Assembly: GCF_006345805.1 (NCBI RefSeq)
Contig: NC_043007.1
Coordinates: forward strand, 62,930,001 to 62,994,000
From: Octopus sinensis
Lineage: Eukaryota
Reading direction: 5' to 3'
Length of the DNA stretch: 64,000 bases
In this document: piece after piece, positions 1-13,229 of the stretch
Position numbering within the stretch: position 1 is the first letter of the stretch
How the letters are laid out: the number at the start of each line of letters is the position of its first letter
Translations under genes and position numbers: made by a program
The notes under the pieces: generated by a model
Told to the model about the DNA's origin: nothing
What the model saw: the letters and a program-made list of their open reading frames with translations, nothing else
The model's database searches: none

Positions 1-624
1 CTAGCAGTAGAGGGAACCTGTGGAAGAGGTAGAGCCAGGAAGACCTGGGATGAGGTGGTGAAGCATGACCTTCAAACATAAGGCCTCACTGAGGCAATGA
101 CAAGTGGCCGAGACCTTTGGAAATATGCTGTGCTTGAGAAGATCCAGCAAGCCAAGTGAGACTGTAACTGTGGCCTATGCCAGTGCAGCATAATTGGCCC
201 ATTTAAGAGTACTTGTCAATCATTGGGCAATATAACTGTGCTTGCAAAGACCTGTTGAGTCAAGTGAAGTCATTGTTGTGGGTGATGACAGTACTGCTTG
301 ATTGGCACCCATACTGGTGGCACGTAAAGTGTGGTTGTTGCCAGTATCGCCTGACTGTCTCCTGTGCCAGTGGCACGTAAAAAGCACCATTCAAGCATGG
401 TTGATGCCAGTACCATCTGACTGGACCTTGTGCTGGTGGCACATAAAAAGCACTCTCTACACTCACAGAGCGGTTGGTGTTAGGAAGAGCATCCAGCTGT
501 AGAAACTTTGCCAAATCAGAATGAAGCCTGGTGCAGCCTTCTGGCTTGCCAGCCCTCAGTCGAACTGTCCAAACCATGCGGCATGGAAAACAGATGTTAA
601 GCAACAACGATGATGGTGATGATG
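1..624 (+). mobile_element. RTE-clade LINE 3' end (ORF C-terminus, 3' UTR, (GAT)n tail), decayed
   Basis: Frame 1 reads LAVEGTCGRGRARKTWDEVVKHDLQT*GLTEAMTSGRDLWKYAV, matching the C-terminus of the 13230-14471 ORF. The 3' UTR has the same repeat units as 12884-13107 and ends GATGATGGTGATGATG. Confidence 0.9.
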
Positions 625-859
625 TTAAAAAAAAACAAAAATATATCTTCAGTAGCTGGCAAAAATTGTCCAGCGGCAAGTATCCACATTCTCTCCCTCT
701 CTCTCACTACAGAGAAAAGAAAAACACATTGGTAATAAACAAATATCCTTAACATCAGCAAACGAACAGCAAAATACTATTCCATAATTATTTTTGTCAG
801 ACTGGAATGTACACATCTACAGAAAGAAAATATGAGAATGAGCTACTTGCAGATGCTGT

Positions 860-930
860 TTGTTGTTTAGCTTTAGGTGAACCCTAATTGAAGAAAACCT
901 TTGATGAAAGACATTCCAGCTATGACTTAT
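860..930 (+). repeat. Short dispersed repeat (TTGTTTAG..CCAGGTCAGCCCT..GCAGACC..TGATCAAA family), diverged
   Basis: Reverse-complement relatives seen by eye at ~1605-1660, ~41258-41312 and ~63068-63102. Confidence 0.45.
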
Positions 931-1780
931 CATTTTTTCTTTTTTATGCAAATACAGTGTATCTTGTCCAATGCATCCCTTAAACTCCATACTACTTCAG
1001 CTTAAATCCAATGACTGTACCTGCCTATTTTGCCTGGTACTTAACCACCTCTCCTTCATTGTCTCAACACTAAGATCCTTTGTATTTTACCCTGCATCTC
1101 CTCAAAATGACTTCCCTCCTCATGTAACCTGTCTATTAATCTTCAATAATTGCAACTAAACATTTACTGCTCTAATATCACTCAGCTATATATTTATTTC
1201 TTAGTGTATGAGGTTCTGTAAAGTCTATAGGAACTGCTGCTTCTTAATTTAAAATAAGGAGATTAGCTACACATCTGTTCTTCATTTATGTCTCATTTTA
1301 TCCAAGAAGTCTGTTCCACCTCATATCAAATTTTTAACTAGCTTACCTCTATGTCTTGTTTAGCATTCTTTGTATCAGTAATTACTCATCAATCTAACAT
1401 AGTTCTTCTGTCCATCCAATATATGACTAAATTTATTACCTGAATGTGTATTTGAAATTTATTTGAAGCAAAAAAGAGATCTTCTAGAAATAGCAAAAAA
1501 AAAATTCCCTTGCATTACACTCTACTGTCTAAAAAAAAAAAAGGAATACATTTAATGATATAGTCTTCTACCTGAAAAAGAAAATACAGATGTAGTGATT
1601 ATAGTTAAAAAGCTTTTGATCACAGGTCTACCAGGCTAGCCTTGGACTAAGTAGCAACAGTGAAAATGAAAGATTAATATTTTTTAGTGAGCTATTTTTT
1701 ACCTACTTCTACAGCAGAGTTATTGGTATCAAGTGCATTTACCTCTAAAATATTTGTTCTAACAATTTGTATACATGTCT

Positions 1781-2760
1781 ATCACGATCATCATTTAACA
1801 TCTGTTGTCCATGCTGGACAGTTTGACCAGAGCTGGCATGCTGGGGAGCTGCGCCAGGCTCCAGTCTGATTTGGCATGGTTTGTATGGCTGGATACTCTT
1901 CCTAACACCAACCACTTTACAGAGTGTGCTGGGTGCGTTTATGTGGCACAACACAGGTGCGTTTATGTGGCACCTGTACCGGTTTCTTGTAGGCCATTCC
2001 TCTCTAATCTGCTCTTACCTACACATGTCCTCTACATTCAGAGTCAACATATCATTACCATATAGAATTGCTGTCCATGTATATGCATCATGCAATCTTC
2101 TTTTCACTCAAAGAGAGAAACCACAGGTGACAACTCATTGAATTTCCTCCATCCTATTCTTATTCAAGCTATCACACTCTCTGTGCATCCTCCCCCACTA
2201 TTAATTTGGTCCCTTAGGTAACAAATTATCCACTACCTCTAATGGGCCACCAAGACATTTGAGAGAATCAATTTCCTGAGTTTTTATAGGTTTCAAGAAT
2301 CCTGTGCATCTTCCACATACAAACACTACCTTCTCTGGTAACCTTCCTATTAATCCACTGCACCTCTTGTGTATCTATATCTTACACTAGCTACACCGTA
2401 AGGAATTTCTGTTTACACCTTTCCTACAAATTGAACAGGGCCACCTGAAGCGGGTAGGGTCCTGTCTGTTTTCTTGCTTACTAAGACATTAGTCTTTGCT
2501 AAGTGAACCTTAAGGCCTTTAGATACCAGATTTTGCTTCCACACCTGGAATTTCTCTTCTAGTTCTGATATGGAATCAGCTAAGAGGGCAAGATTGTCAG
2601 AATGTTAGTTTTCAAGGGCTGCTGGTCTTGAATTCCTGTTATGGCCTGGAGGACAATAATGAAAAGGAGACTGAGGACTGAGCCTTGATGAACACCTGCC
2701 TATACACCAAATTCTTTGCTGTGCTTGTGGTTAATTCTCAACTTCCTGACAGTGTCTCTA
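1781..2760 (-). mobile_element. Old, internally deleted RTE LINE copy (tail, 3' UTR, RT fragments)
   Basis: 1781-1975 is the reverse complement of the RTE tail. 2400-2760 is collinear with 14010-14360 and its minus strand encodes RWPCSICRK. Confidence 0.8.
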
Positions 2761-2852
2761 TCAAATTTACAAGATATTGCATGATTAATTTAAAACAGTG
2801 TGAATATATAAGCATTACATTCAACAAAGTAATCTGATTGCTAAAAGTTTAA
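2761..2852. mobile_element. Partial piggyBac-type MITE, family 1 (right half)
   Basis: Matches the right half of 32373-32588 (ACAAGAT..GCATGATTAATT..AAAACA.TGTGAAT..ATAAGCATTACATT..TAATCTGA.TGCTAAA). Confidence 0.7.
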
Positions 2853-3874
2853 AGGTGTGTTGGACAGGGGTAGTAAACCTTTGATTATATGATCATAAGT
2901 TCAAGCTTTGCTACAATCATTGTGTTCTTAATGTTTGTTTCAGTTTAACTAAATGAATGCTATATACCACTCTCATTTGGGATATTTCAATCTGGTTTCT
3001 GTAGTCTTTAATAGGTAGTACTAGCATCAGTCTGAGTTGGGTATTAGTTCGTCAAGTGTTTTCTTATATTTCAGCTTGGTGATTTGAAATAGTTTTTTTT
3101 CTCCATGGGCCAATGTTTTAATGTTCACTTTTCCTTGCTTGCAATAGTTGGATGGAGTTTATTGAGGTATATGTTATGCCCTTCTTGTTGCCAACCCTCA
3201 CCTATTTCCAAGGAAGGTAATATTTTCCTATGGCCAAATACATTTTCACAGAATGTTGGAAATGGACACAATGTACAACAGTCACACAAGGAGACACAAA
3301 CACACACTCAAACACACACCTTCCATGTGGTTAGGAAGGAAACTTCTTAACCTCATTGTCATGCCTGCACCTATATGCTGCCAAACATTAACTGAAATGT
3401 TTCAAACATTAGTAATTGAAACTTGCATAATTATGTACCATCTAATCTAGCTGATTAACTATGCTGCTACATTATTGTTTTTACTTGTTTCTTTTTTTTC
3501 CTTCTATCTTATGAAATTTTATTGGATTTACAACACGTTTGCTATCACCATTTTAATGTTATACAATTCAAGTTAGTTTGAATGAAAATTCTGAACTAAT
3601 GACAAACAAATCATTACCCTTAGGAAACATAGGACCATAGTATACTGTATTCATTTAGCACACTTACATTCTTATCAGATCTCTATTTTATCTGTTAACT
3701 TGGGTACCTAGTCCCTTTACTTTGCTATAAATTCTTTGATAGTCTGTTTCAATGTATTTTAAAATTATACCCATCACATTAAAATATTCTTTATATTTAT
3801 TTGTGATTGATTATTGAATAAAATATTGTGCTGTTTTTCCCCATCAATAAAATCTAGATTTTTTAAATTCTTAA

Positions 3875-4087
3875 CCCTTTAGCATTCAAACCAACCATAT
3901 CAGGCCTAAATATCCTGTTTTATGTTCAAACTGACCTGATTGGACCCCTCACACCTACCCTACAATGTCATTCTAAACATTAAAACATCATCAGATTTTC
4001 AAAGCTACAAGATAAAAGTATGATTAATTCAAAGCGATGTGAATAAATAAGCATTACTTTTGATAGATTAATGTGAATGCTAAAGGG
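3875..4087. mobile_element. piggyBac-type MITE, family 1 (213 bp)
   Basis: TTAA at 3871-3874 and 4088-4091. TIRs CCCTTTAGCATTCA / TGAATGCTAAAGGG. Confidence 0.92.
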
Positions 4088-5741
4088 TTAAATAAATGTC
4101 AATTGTTCTCTAATGTAGTTGTAATCTATTGCATTGGGAGCTTGCTCAATACTGAGGAGATCTGAGGTATTTTAGCTCTTAGTCTGATTGTACCAGGACT
4201 CTGCTTGCTTAACATTAAGTGTAGCTAATTCCCAGACAATAACTCTGAGATTTTTAGCTGCACTTTATATATTTTAAAATTTGTGATGATACACATAACT
4301 CTCTCTCTCTCTCATGTAAATTTGGTCAATTTTCTTTACTACTTGACTTCAAATGCTGTAAAAAAAAATCTACTCACTAGATCAATTCAATTTTAATTTT
4401 TTTCTTTCTTTTTAAGTATTTGTGTGCATGTGTATGATTGCAAATATAATCTTAGATTATACTGGTTGCACTTCTAATTTACTAGGCTTAGCTATCTATC
4501 TGTGTAGATATTTTGGTGCTCTCTATAACATTTAGTGGATTTTAATTACTCGTTCTTTTGTTTCAAGCATTATAACTAATCCACCTGAAGACTGACTTGA
4601 GAATTTTTTTTGTCTCAGCTTAAACCACACCAAATTCTTTTTCTTCCTTGTTCTGTGTGTATTGTGAGATCCACTTTTATATTGGTTTTAAGATATATTT
4701 ATAAAATTTCAATACAGACAAAACTTATAAGCAGCTCTCATGTTTGTTTAATGGCATTTTAATGGCATTTGACACTCTCCCCACCTCTCTGGCATCTCTT
4801 TCTCAGCCATGATCTCTTTCTGTAGGATAGCTGGAGTAGTAGTGTCTACGCAACATGCCGACATCCTGGATTGGTGTGATCATTTTGGTTGATATTCAGG
4901 GAAAATGTGAGTAGCAAAAATTCCGGGAAGTAGCAGCTCTAAAGGTTTTAGAAATGTAATCATTGTAGGAACCAAGAACTGGGATACAGCAGGAATGATA
5001 AAAGAGGATGCATTTTTGAGTGGTGGAACATGCAGATAGGTAGGTCTCAGAAGCTAAGGCCATTGTAGGGGTTGAGAAAAAAAAAGGCAGAAAGGAAATA
5101 GCACATATGCATGTGTGTGTGTGTACACAGACAAGGTAGAGTGTACAATTTGTCAACCAAGTAGAACACTTATAGACCAGATTTATTTCCATACTGCACC
5201 ATTTTCCTCTGTTACCCTAAATTTTAGTTAATCCGTTTTTTATACAAGTTGTCACTGTTGCCTGCTTATAGAGTTTAGATATCCCCTGAGTGAGTGTTTT
5301 CTTTTTCCTTCCCTACTAGTTGTGTGGATAAATCTCAGTTACTTTTTCAACTCACCATATTAAATATGTGGAACACTTCTGTATTTATAGTAAAGGACAC
5401 TTCCCCAAGGCATCATGCTGTGGGACTAAACCTGGAAACTTGCAGTTGTGAACTTAAATCACATTTTGCACTTGTTGATTTTTTTGCTCTTAAGAAAAAC
5501 TATTTACTTAATATTTAATGACTTCATAAATTAAAAAATATATATATCTGTTTAAAATTTCTATTGAAATCAATGATAAAATAACATATCAGTGAATTAA
5601 TTCTAAGCAAAAATATTTTTTATAAAATATGAACAATTATTGCACAAATTTTCAGACCTATGTATTGGAGTGAAAAGCACAAAGATCTAAGTTGTTCCAG
5701 GCAAAATATATTATGAAAAATATGAACTTGGAAAAATTTAA

Positions 5742-5958
5742 CCCTTTAGCATTCAAATTATGCTGTCAAATGTAATGCTTATTTATTCACATTATTTTGA
5801 ATTAATCCTGCATTATCTTGTAGCTTTGAGATCTCAATGGGATGATTGTTTATTTTTAGAATATTGTAAGGTAGGTGCAAGTGGTCATATCTGGCTGGTT
5901 TGAACATAAAACAGGTAGAATATTTGGATTGGATAGGATCGCATTAAATTCTAAAGGG
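5742..5958. mobile_element. piggyBac-type MITE, family 1 (217 bp, opposite orientation to 3875)
   Basis: TTAA at 5738-5741 and 5959-5962. CCCTTTAG...CTAAAGGG termini; interior is the reverse complement of the 3875 copy. Confidence 0.9.
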
Positions 5959-6942
5959 TTAAACAATATATATCGTAACAAAATGATTACTGTTGCAGTG
6001 TTATTACTTGTATTAAGGGGTTATTGAAATAAATAAGATTTTCAGAAGTATATATGCAGAAACTAAGTACATTTCATTCTTTTGATCTTACCATTTCAGT
6101 ATTACATTTTACTTCTGAATTGTTTCAATGTATTAGTAAGATAATAAGAAACCTCAAGTAATACAATCTTACAGGCACACTTTTAAAATATAATAAATAT
6201 TTAATGTATTATGACTATCATAGAAAAATGTAATGTTATTATTTTGATTCATTACACATCACTTAGCTCAAACAATGACCATACATTTACAAACAGAAAA
6301 TGGGTAAAATTAAGTTTTTGTATATGGTGTGCATTACCAAATGAAAAAATGTAGTTGTGCAGCAGTGTCTGGAAAATGGTAGGAGGATGTGAGTGTAGTA
6401 TTTTGTGGAGGTGTCAGAAGGTCATATAGTGAGGGTAAGAAGACAGGTCTCTGAGTTACTCCATTTAAAAAATTAAAGTTTCTAGAAGTGTTTTGTATAC
6501 TACATAGGCTTAGTAACCTGACAGGTAGTTTTTTGTACACCACATAGGTTGGTAATCTAACAGGTTTTGTGTTGCTTCTTGAAAATGTTGAAAATTTTTT
6601 AGCGAATAGTAGGGAATATAGTTGAAAACATTGATGTAATTAGAACCATACATCCTGGTGGTTTTTGTTGTTGAAACTATCATATATTTTCATTTTTTGA
6701 TTTGTAAATCATTTTGGTGGTTGAGGGTCTGGATCAGTATTGGGATTTGCAAGAGAGTGTAAGTTAGGAAGGGTGTACAAAAGAGAGTAATAGATTTTTT
6801 TTGTAATCCAGATATTGTGTCGTTTTCTGCAATACTGTCTCCTTTGTTGCGGTATTTGCTTGGTGTTGTGCATATATTGAGGTTTTTATCATGACATAGG
6901 TAGAGTGTGAGCATTATTGTTGATACCACTAATTGCTCTATA

Positions 6943-7819
6943 TGAGATGGTATTAAAAGGTTCCAGGACTAGTTATGTTTAATAAAAATAACTTATTTAC
7001 CTAAGTTTTAATATCATCGCCTTTGAAATAGTCACCTTGCACAGCAATACACCAGTCCCAATGCTCCTGCCACTTTTGGAACCCGGCCTGGAAGTAGTTT
7101 TCCGTGAGTTGAGGACCTTTTGCGATTCACTCTGGATCTTGACATTGGTGTTAAAACGATAACCTTTGAGCTGTATTTTCATCTTGAGGAAGAGGTAGAA
7201 GTCCCATGGTGCTCAATCTGGTGAATAGGGCAGGTATGGAAGCAGTACCATGATACCATGTTGTTTTTGGTAAGGAACTCACAAGTTAGGAGAGCTCAGT
7301 GAAGAGTCCAGTTCTTTGCACTCCACAGACCCAGTTGCTTTCACTGAATGTCCCCTCAAATGCTTAAAAACATCACAGTAGAACTCTCAATTGACAGTCT
7401 GGCCCTGGGGGACAAATTCTCGATGCACAATATCACATTTCTGGAGGCGATGCTTGTCACAGATCTTCCAGATTGCTCATTATCTTCCAGAGATGTTCTT
7501 CTGCTTTTGAAGCACCCATGCCACTTGAAACAGTGCACATGACCCATTGCCAAAGTATACTCAAGGTCTATGTAACAGACTTCTCAAGCTTAACGCAATA
7601 TTTCACATTAGCTCTTTGTTCCTGTTTATGACAAAATCGCAGATTACAACATACACACGATCACAAAAGCACAAATTTCACAACTTGTAAAGTAAACTGC
7701 AATGTTACTCAGCACACTGCCTTGTGAAAGTCACTGCTAGCCCTCACTGCATGCAACTGTATGCTGCCATCTGTTGGTGTGCTACAGAATTAGTCCAGAA
7801 ACTTTTTGATACCACCTCG
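6943..7819 (-). mobile_element. Mariner-type element, internally deleted and decayed
   Basis: TA at 6941-6942 and 7820-7821. About 30-bp imperfect TIRs (TGAGATGGTATTAAAAGGTTCCAGGACTA vs CGAGGTGGTATCAAAAAGTTTCTGGACTA). The minus-strand ORF 6997-7182 (MKIQLKGYRFNTNVKIQSESQKVL) resembles a mariner transposase C-terminus. Confidence 0.85.
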
Positions 7820-8611
7820 TACAGTGTTTTACAGTTAGTTTTGTAGTTTATGTTGGACTCTGTTTGCTAGTTTTCTTGTTGAATGTACCTGATGCAGTGT
7901 TGATGATATGGTGATATTGAATTCTGAAAAATCTTGATTTCTATTTTTTGTTAGATCACATTCCACTGTACTTTTTTAAAGTTTGTATAAGTGTATTATG
8001 ATGATGATAAATAGATGTTATGGGGATTGGTGTACCAAGTGGGTGTAGTCAGGTGTGTTGCTCAGAAGGAGATGTCTAGGGAAAAGTTACTACAGTTGCC
8101 TCACTGAGGTGTGTGTGTCAGTGTGGATTGTTTAGAAGTAAAGGGAGTTTGTTACTTCTTTTGTGATTAGTATTATTCGAAAACCTGGAGGTATTAAGTA
8201 CATTGAAGTCTCTCTCAGTGATACTGTATGTGAAAGCGTTAGTGCTCCAGTAGGAATGTGCATCCTAGTGGGACACTTGGTGAGGTGATGGTATATCTAT
8301 GTCATAAGACCACTTCTGGTTTAAAAGAACCTGTCCTGTATAATTTGAAAAACTCAATGTTTTGGTAGCAGCAATGTTTCCTGAACTGCTACCTGAATGT
8401 CATGATAAAATCTTTTTGTGTCAAAAAGGTATTTTTAATATTTTAGTGTTGTGTTGCATATGTTTTAGGAGTTTTTTTTTGTTTGTTTTTTTGTCACATT
8501 TGGAACATGTTGGTGTGCAAAGCATTCATTTTTAAATGCACTTTATGTGGACCTGTGACATTTGCAAGGGAGATAGAAAGGTATTTTCTGTTTTTAATCT
8601 CTGTTGTTATT

Positions 8612-9029
8612 GGTGCAGGCATGGCTGTGTAGATAAGAAGTTTGCTTCTCAACTTCATGGTTTCAGATTCAGTTCCACTGCAGAGCATCTTGGGCAAATG
8701 TCTTCAACTATAGCCTCAGGTTGACCTTGCAGGTTTGATAGATGGAAACTGAAAGAAGTTCGTCGTGTGTGTGTATGCGTGCACAATTGTTTGTGTCTCC
8801 TCTTGACATCACATGAGAGTTGTAAATGGTGTTACTGTCATATAAACAATATCATTCATTTCCAATATTCTGCAAAAACATATCTAGCCATGAGCAAATA
8901 TTACCTTACTTGGAAACAAGTGAGGGTTAGCAATAAGAAGGGCACTTAGCCATAGAATAATCTGCCTCAATGAAATCCATTTGACCCATGCAAACATGGA
9001 AAAGTGGATGTCAAAATGATGATGATGAT
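8612..9029 (+). mobile_element. tRNA-derived SINE, type with RTE-like (GAT)n tail
   Basis: Head shared with the 29491 and 31401 SINEs (GGCTGTGT...AAG.TTGCTT...GGTT.CAG.TTCAGT.CCACTG...CTTGGGCAA.TGTCTTC). Tail CATGGAAAAGTGGATGTCAAAATGATGATGAT resembles the RTE 3' end. Confidence 0.85.
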
Positions 9030-9520
9030 TTTGCTGTCAGTGTTGTTGTTATCCTGCTGTAAATTTATTTTTCTGGGTTATTTGTAAATGTGGGTATTTG
9101 GTGGTAGTATGTGGTAGATTTTGTAAGACACTTCCATTTACAGATGCTTTAAAGCCATTTCAGAGAAATTCATGGCCACTGTAGTTCTCTGAAAGCATTT
9201 GTACAAGTGATACATATTCATGTACCAAGTATGTTATTTGACTGGCCTTTTAGCTACAACCATCTCGTCTTTTCTGTCATAGTATATTCAATATTAGTCT
9301 GGAAATCTTTGTCAAAAGGTAATTTAGCCAAGCACAAGACTGAAATATGTATAATCAAGTAACACACTTGAAGGTAGTGCCCCAGCATTGCTGCAACTCA
9401 ACTAGTAATACAACAAAATCTCCTTGTCAGATAATGAAATTTTAAATAAAAATTATAAAATTTAGATAAACATGGCAATGAGCCTAACAAGAAGTCGATA
9501 GCCAGTTGAACTCAAAATCA

Positions 9521-9730
9521 TTCATCATTATCATTACATTTAATTTTTCCATGCTAGCATCACTTGAACAAGCCAGCTGGATGCACTACCTGTCACCAAC
9601 CCATACCTGTTTTTCATGCAAGACATTTTTGTTCCACTGGCCTTCATAAACCAAAACCACTAAGCTAGACATAAACCTGACATTGTCACTAAAGTGTTGT
9701 CAAGTGAAAACATGCAGAAAGTAAACATTC
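9521..9730 (-). mobile_element. Decayed SINE/RTE 3' tail
   Basis: ATTCATCATTATCATT...TTTTCCATGCTAGCAT...GCTGGATGC matches the reverse complement of the family tail. Confidence 0.5.
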
Positions 9731-10447
9731 AAGTAACACATACACACCCATTCATTCACTTATTTACTATCCATTATTTTCCATGCCATCTTGGGTTAGA
9801 TGGAGACGACTTCAGACTGACCAATGCCTTGTGAATGAATTTGATAAATAGTAACTGCATCGAAACCTCTCCCTGAATTATTTTAATTTTCCCTAAAGTA
9901 TAATTAAATTAAATATAGAGATACTCAATTGACAATCCAATAATTTTATTTATATTACAATATTACATTAAATCTTATTTCATAACATATTATATTACAT
10001 AAATAATTATAAAAACCATAAAAGGCCAACAAATTGTTTTGACTTTTATATAGTTTTTCTGATATACATAATCACAGTTCCATTATATATATAGTCACCT
10101 CAGGGTCTTGGCTTTAGAAAAAGACTAAATTCCATGTGAAAGGACAGCTGAATTGTAAAAAATTAATTCAAATGTCTGTGTTATGAGCGTGAGCATTAAC
10201 TATTCAATCATACATCAATTACAATTCAAAAAACAACAAAAAACATTTTATTGGATGATACAATCAAGTAAATGCAATCCACAACCATCGAAATTTACTT
10301 TATTACATCTCAAACACATACCAATTGAAACCCTTTCATGTCCAAGGTAGTCGCATGTCATCACAACATAAAACAATAAAATTTTTACAATCCAGCCATC
10401 CTTTCACACAAAATTTCATCTTTTTCTAAAGCCAAGACCCTCAATTG

Positions 10448-10449
10448 AC

Positions 10450-10483
<34 letters not shown>

Positions 10484-10576
10484 ATGTGTGTGTATATATA
10501 TATATATATGTGTGTGTATATATATATATATGTGTGTGTGTATATATATATATATGTGTGTGTATATATATATATA

Positions 10577-10617
<41 letters not shown>

Positions 10618-11334
10618 ATATATATATATGTGTGTGTGTATATATATATATGTGTGTGTGTGTATATATATATATGTGTGTGTGTATATATATATATATA
10701 TATGTGTGTATATATGTGTATAATATGTATATATATATAATATGTGTGTGTATATATAATATATATGTGTGTATATATATATATATATATGTGTATGTAT
10801 ATATATATATGTGTGTATATATAATATATGTGTATATATATATATATATGTGTGTATATATATATATATGTGTGTATATATATATACCCATGTATATATA
10901 TATTATATATATGTATATATATATATACCCATGCTAGCATGGAAAACGGACGCTAAATGATGATGATGATGATGATGTGTATATATATGTATATATATAT
11001 ATGTGTATATATATGTGTATATATATGTATATATATATATGTGTATATATATGTATATATATATATATATGTGTATATATATGTATATATATATATGTGT
11101 GTATATGTATATATATATATATGTGTCTATATATGTATATATATATATATGTGTATATATATGTATATATATATATATGTGTATATATATGTATATATAT
11201 ATATGTGTATATATATGTATATATATATGTGTATATATTATGTATATATATATTATGTATATATATATATGTGTATATATATGTATATATATATATGTGT
11301 ATATATGTATATATATATATATGTGTAATATATG

Positions 11335-11365
<31 letters not shown>

Positions 11366-11833
11366 GTATATATATATATGTGTATATATATGTATATATA
11401 TATATATATGTGTATATATATGTATATATATGTATATGTATATGTATATATATATGTGTATATATATGTATATATATATGTGTATATATATGTATATATA
11501 TATGTGTATATATATGTATATATATATATGTGTATATATATGTATATATATATGTGTATATATATGTGTATATATATGTGTGTATATATATATATATGTG
11601 TATATATATGTATATATATATATATGTGTATATATGTATATATATATATGTGTATATATATGTATATATATATGTATATATATGTATATATATATATGTG
11701 TATATATGTATATATATATATGTGTATATATATATATGTGTATATGTGTATATATATATGTGTATATATATATATGTGTGTATGTGTATATATATATATA
11801 TGTGTATATATATAGTGTGTATATATATATATA

Positions 11834-11874
<41 letters not shown>

Positions 11875-12606
11875 GTATATATATGTATTATATATATATA
11901 TAATATATGTATATATATTGTATATATATGTGTATATATATATGTGTATATATATATATATATGTATATATGTGTATATATATAATGTGTATATATATAT
12001 ATATGTATATATATGTGTATATATTATATATGTATATATATGTGTATATATATATATGTGTATATATATATATGTGTATATATATATATGTATAATATAT
12101 ATATGTATATATATGTGTATGTATATATATGTGTATATATATATATGTATATATATATATATGTATATATATGTGATATATATATATGTATATATATTGT
12201 GTATATATATATATATAGTGTATATATATATATATATATAGTGTGTATATATATATATATATGTTATATATATGTATATATATGTGTATATATATATGTA
12301 TATATATGTGTATATATATATGTATATATATGTGTATAATATATGTATATAATGTGTATATATATGTGTATATATATATGTATATATATGTGTATATATA
12401 TGTATATATATGTGTATATATGTATATATATGTGTATATATATATGTATATATATGTGTATATATATATGTATATATATGTGTATATATGTATATATATG
12501 TGTATATATAATATATGTGTATATATATATATATATGTGTATATATATATATATATGTGTATATAATATATGTGTATATATATATATGTGTATATATATA
12601 TATGTG

Positions 12607-12637
<31 letters not shown>

Positions 12638-12672
12638 GTGTGTATATATATATATATGTATATATATGTGTA

Positions 12673-12717
<45 letters not shown>
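10448..12717. repeat. Compound (TA)n/(TG) microsatellite array, ~2.27 kb
   Basis: Directly visible; it is the source of the spurious YI/YICV ORFs. Confidence 0.98.
10928..10977 (+). mobile_element. 50-bp RTE tail stub with (GAT)n inside the TA array
   Basis: CCCATGCTAGCATGGAAAACGGACGCTAAATGATGATG... differs at 4 of 51 positions from the reverse complement of 12718-12768. Confidence 0.85.
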
Positions 12718-12719
<2 letters not shown>

Positions 12720-12883
12720 TCATCATCATCATCATCATTTAACGTCCGTTTTCCGCGCTAGCACGGGTTGGACGGTTCGACCGGGGTCTGGGAAGCCAGG
12801 GCTGCACCAGGCTCCAGTCTGATCTGGCAGTGTTTCTACAGCTGGATGCCCTTCCTAATGCCAACCACTCCGCGAGTGTAGTG

Positions 12884-13107
12884 GGTGCTTTTTACGTGCC
12901 ACCTGCACAGGTGCCAGGGGGTTCTGGCATCGGCCATGATCGGATGGTGCTTTTAACATGTCACCGGCACAGAAGCCATCCAAGCCGGCGCTGGCATCGG
13001 CCACGTTCGGATGGTGCTTTTTATGTGCCACCGGCACAGAAGCCAGTCGAGGCGGTGCTGGCAACGGCTACGTTTGGATGGTGCTTTTTATGTGCCACCG
13101 GCACAGG
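12884..13107 (-). repeat. 67-bp tandem repeat (~3.3 units) in the RTE 3' UTR
   Basis: GGATGGTGCTTTT recurs at 12942, 13009 and 13076. Confidence 0.9.
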
Positions 13108-13229
13108 TATCACAACTACTATTTCCATTGATATTTGTTTCGATGTTCATGTACATGCACTTGACTCAACAGGTCTCCTCAAGCACAGCGAGATGTTCCG
13201 GGATCCAAGGTACTTTGAATGGGCAGGGG

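Noticed and set aside
4826-5040. Possible exon reading IAGVVVSTQHAD, resembling a SAM synthetase motif
   Set aside because: A stop follows within 10 codons, there is no convincing donor, and no other exons were found.
7990-8050. VYYDDD followed by AAGTGGGT as a candidate upstream Ena exon
   Set aside because: In-frame TAG and no FRVVG motif.
6300-8560. Strand-biased sequence on both sides of the mariner, possibly an old Penelope/LINE
   Set aside because: No motif could be read reliably, so it was left unclassified.
10445-12822. Long YI/YICV-rich ORFs, up to 611 aa (also at 42617-43295 and 44483-45310)
   Set aside because: Artefacts of (TA)n/(TG)n repeats that lack stop codons in some frames.
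12884-13107. CRISPR-like appearance of palindromic repeats
   Set aside because: The units are homologous end to end with no unique spacers, lie in a LINE 3' UTR, and the DNA is eukaryotic with no cas genes.
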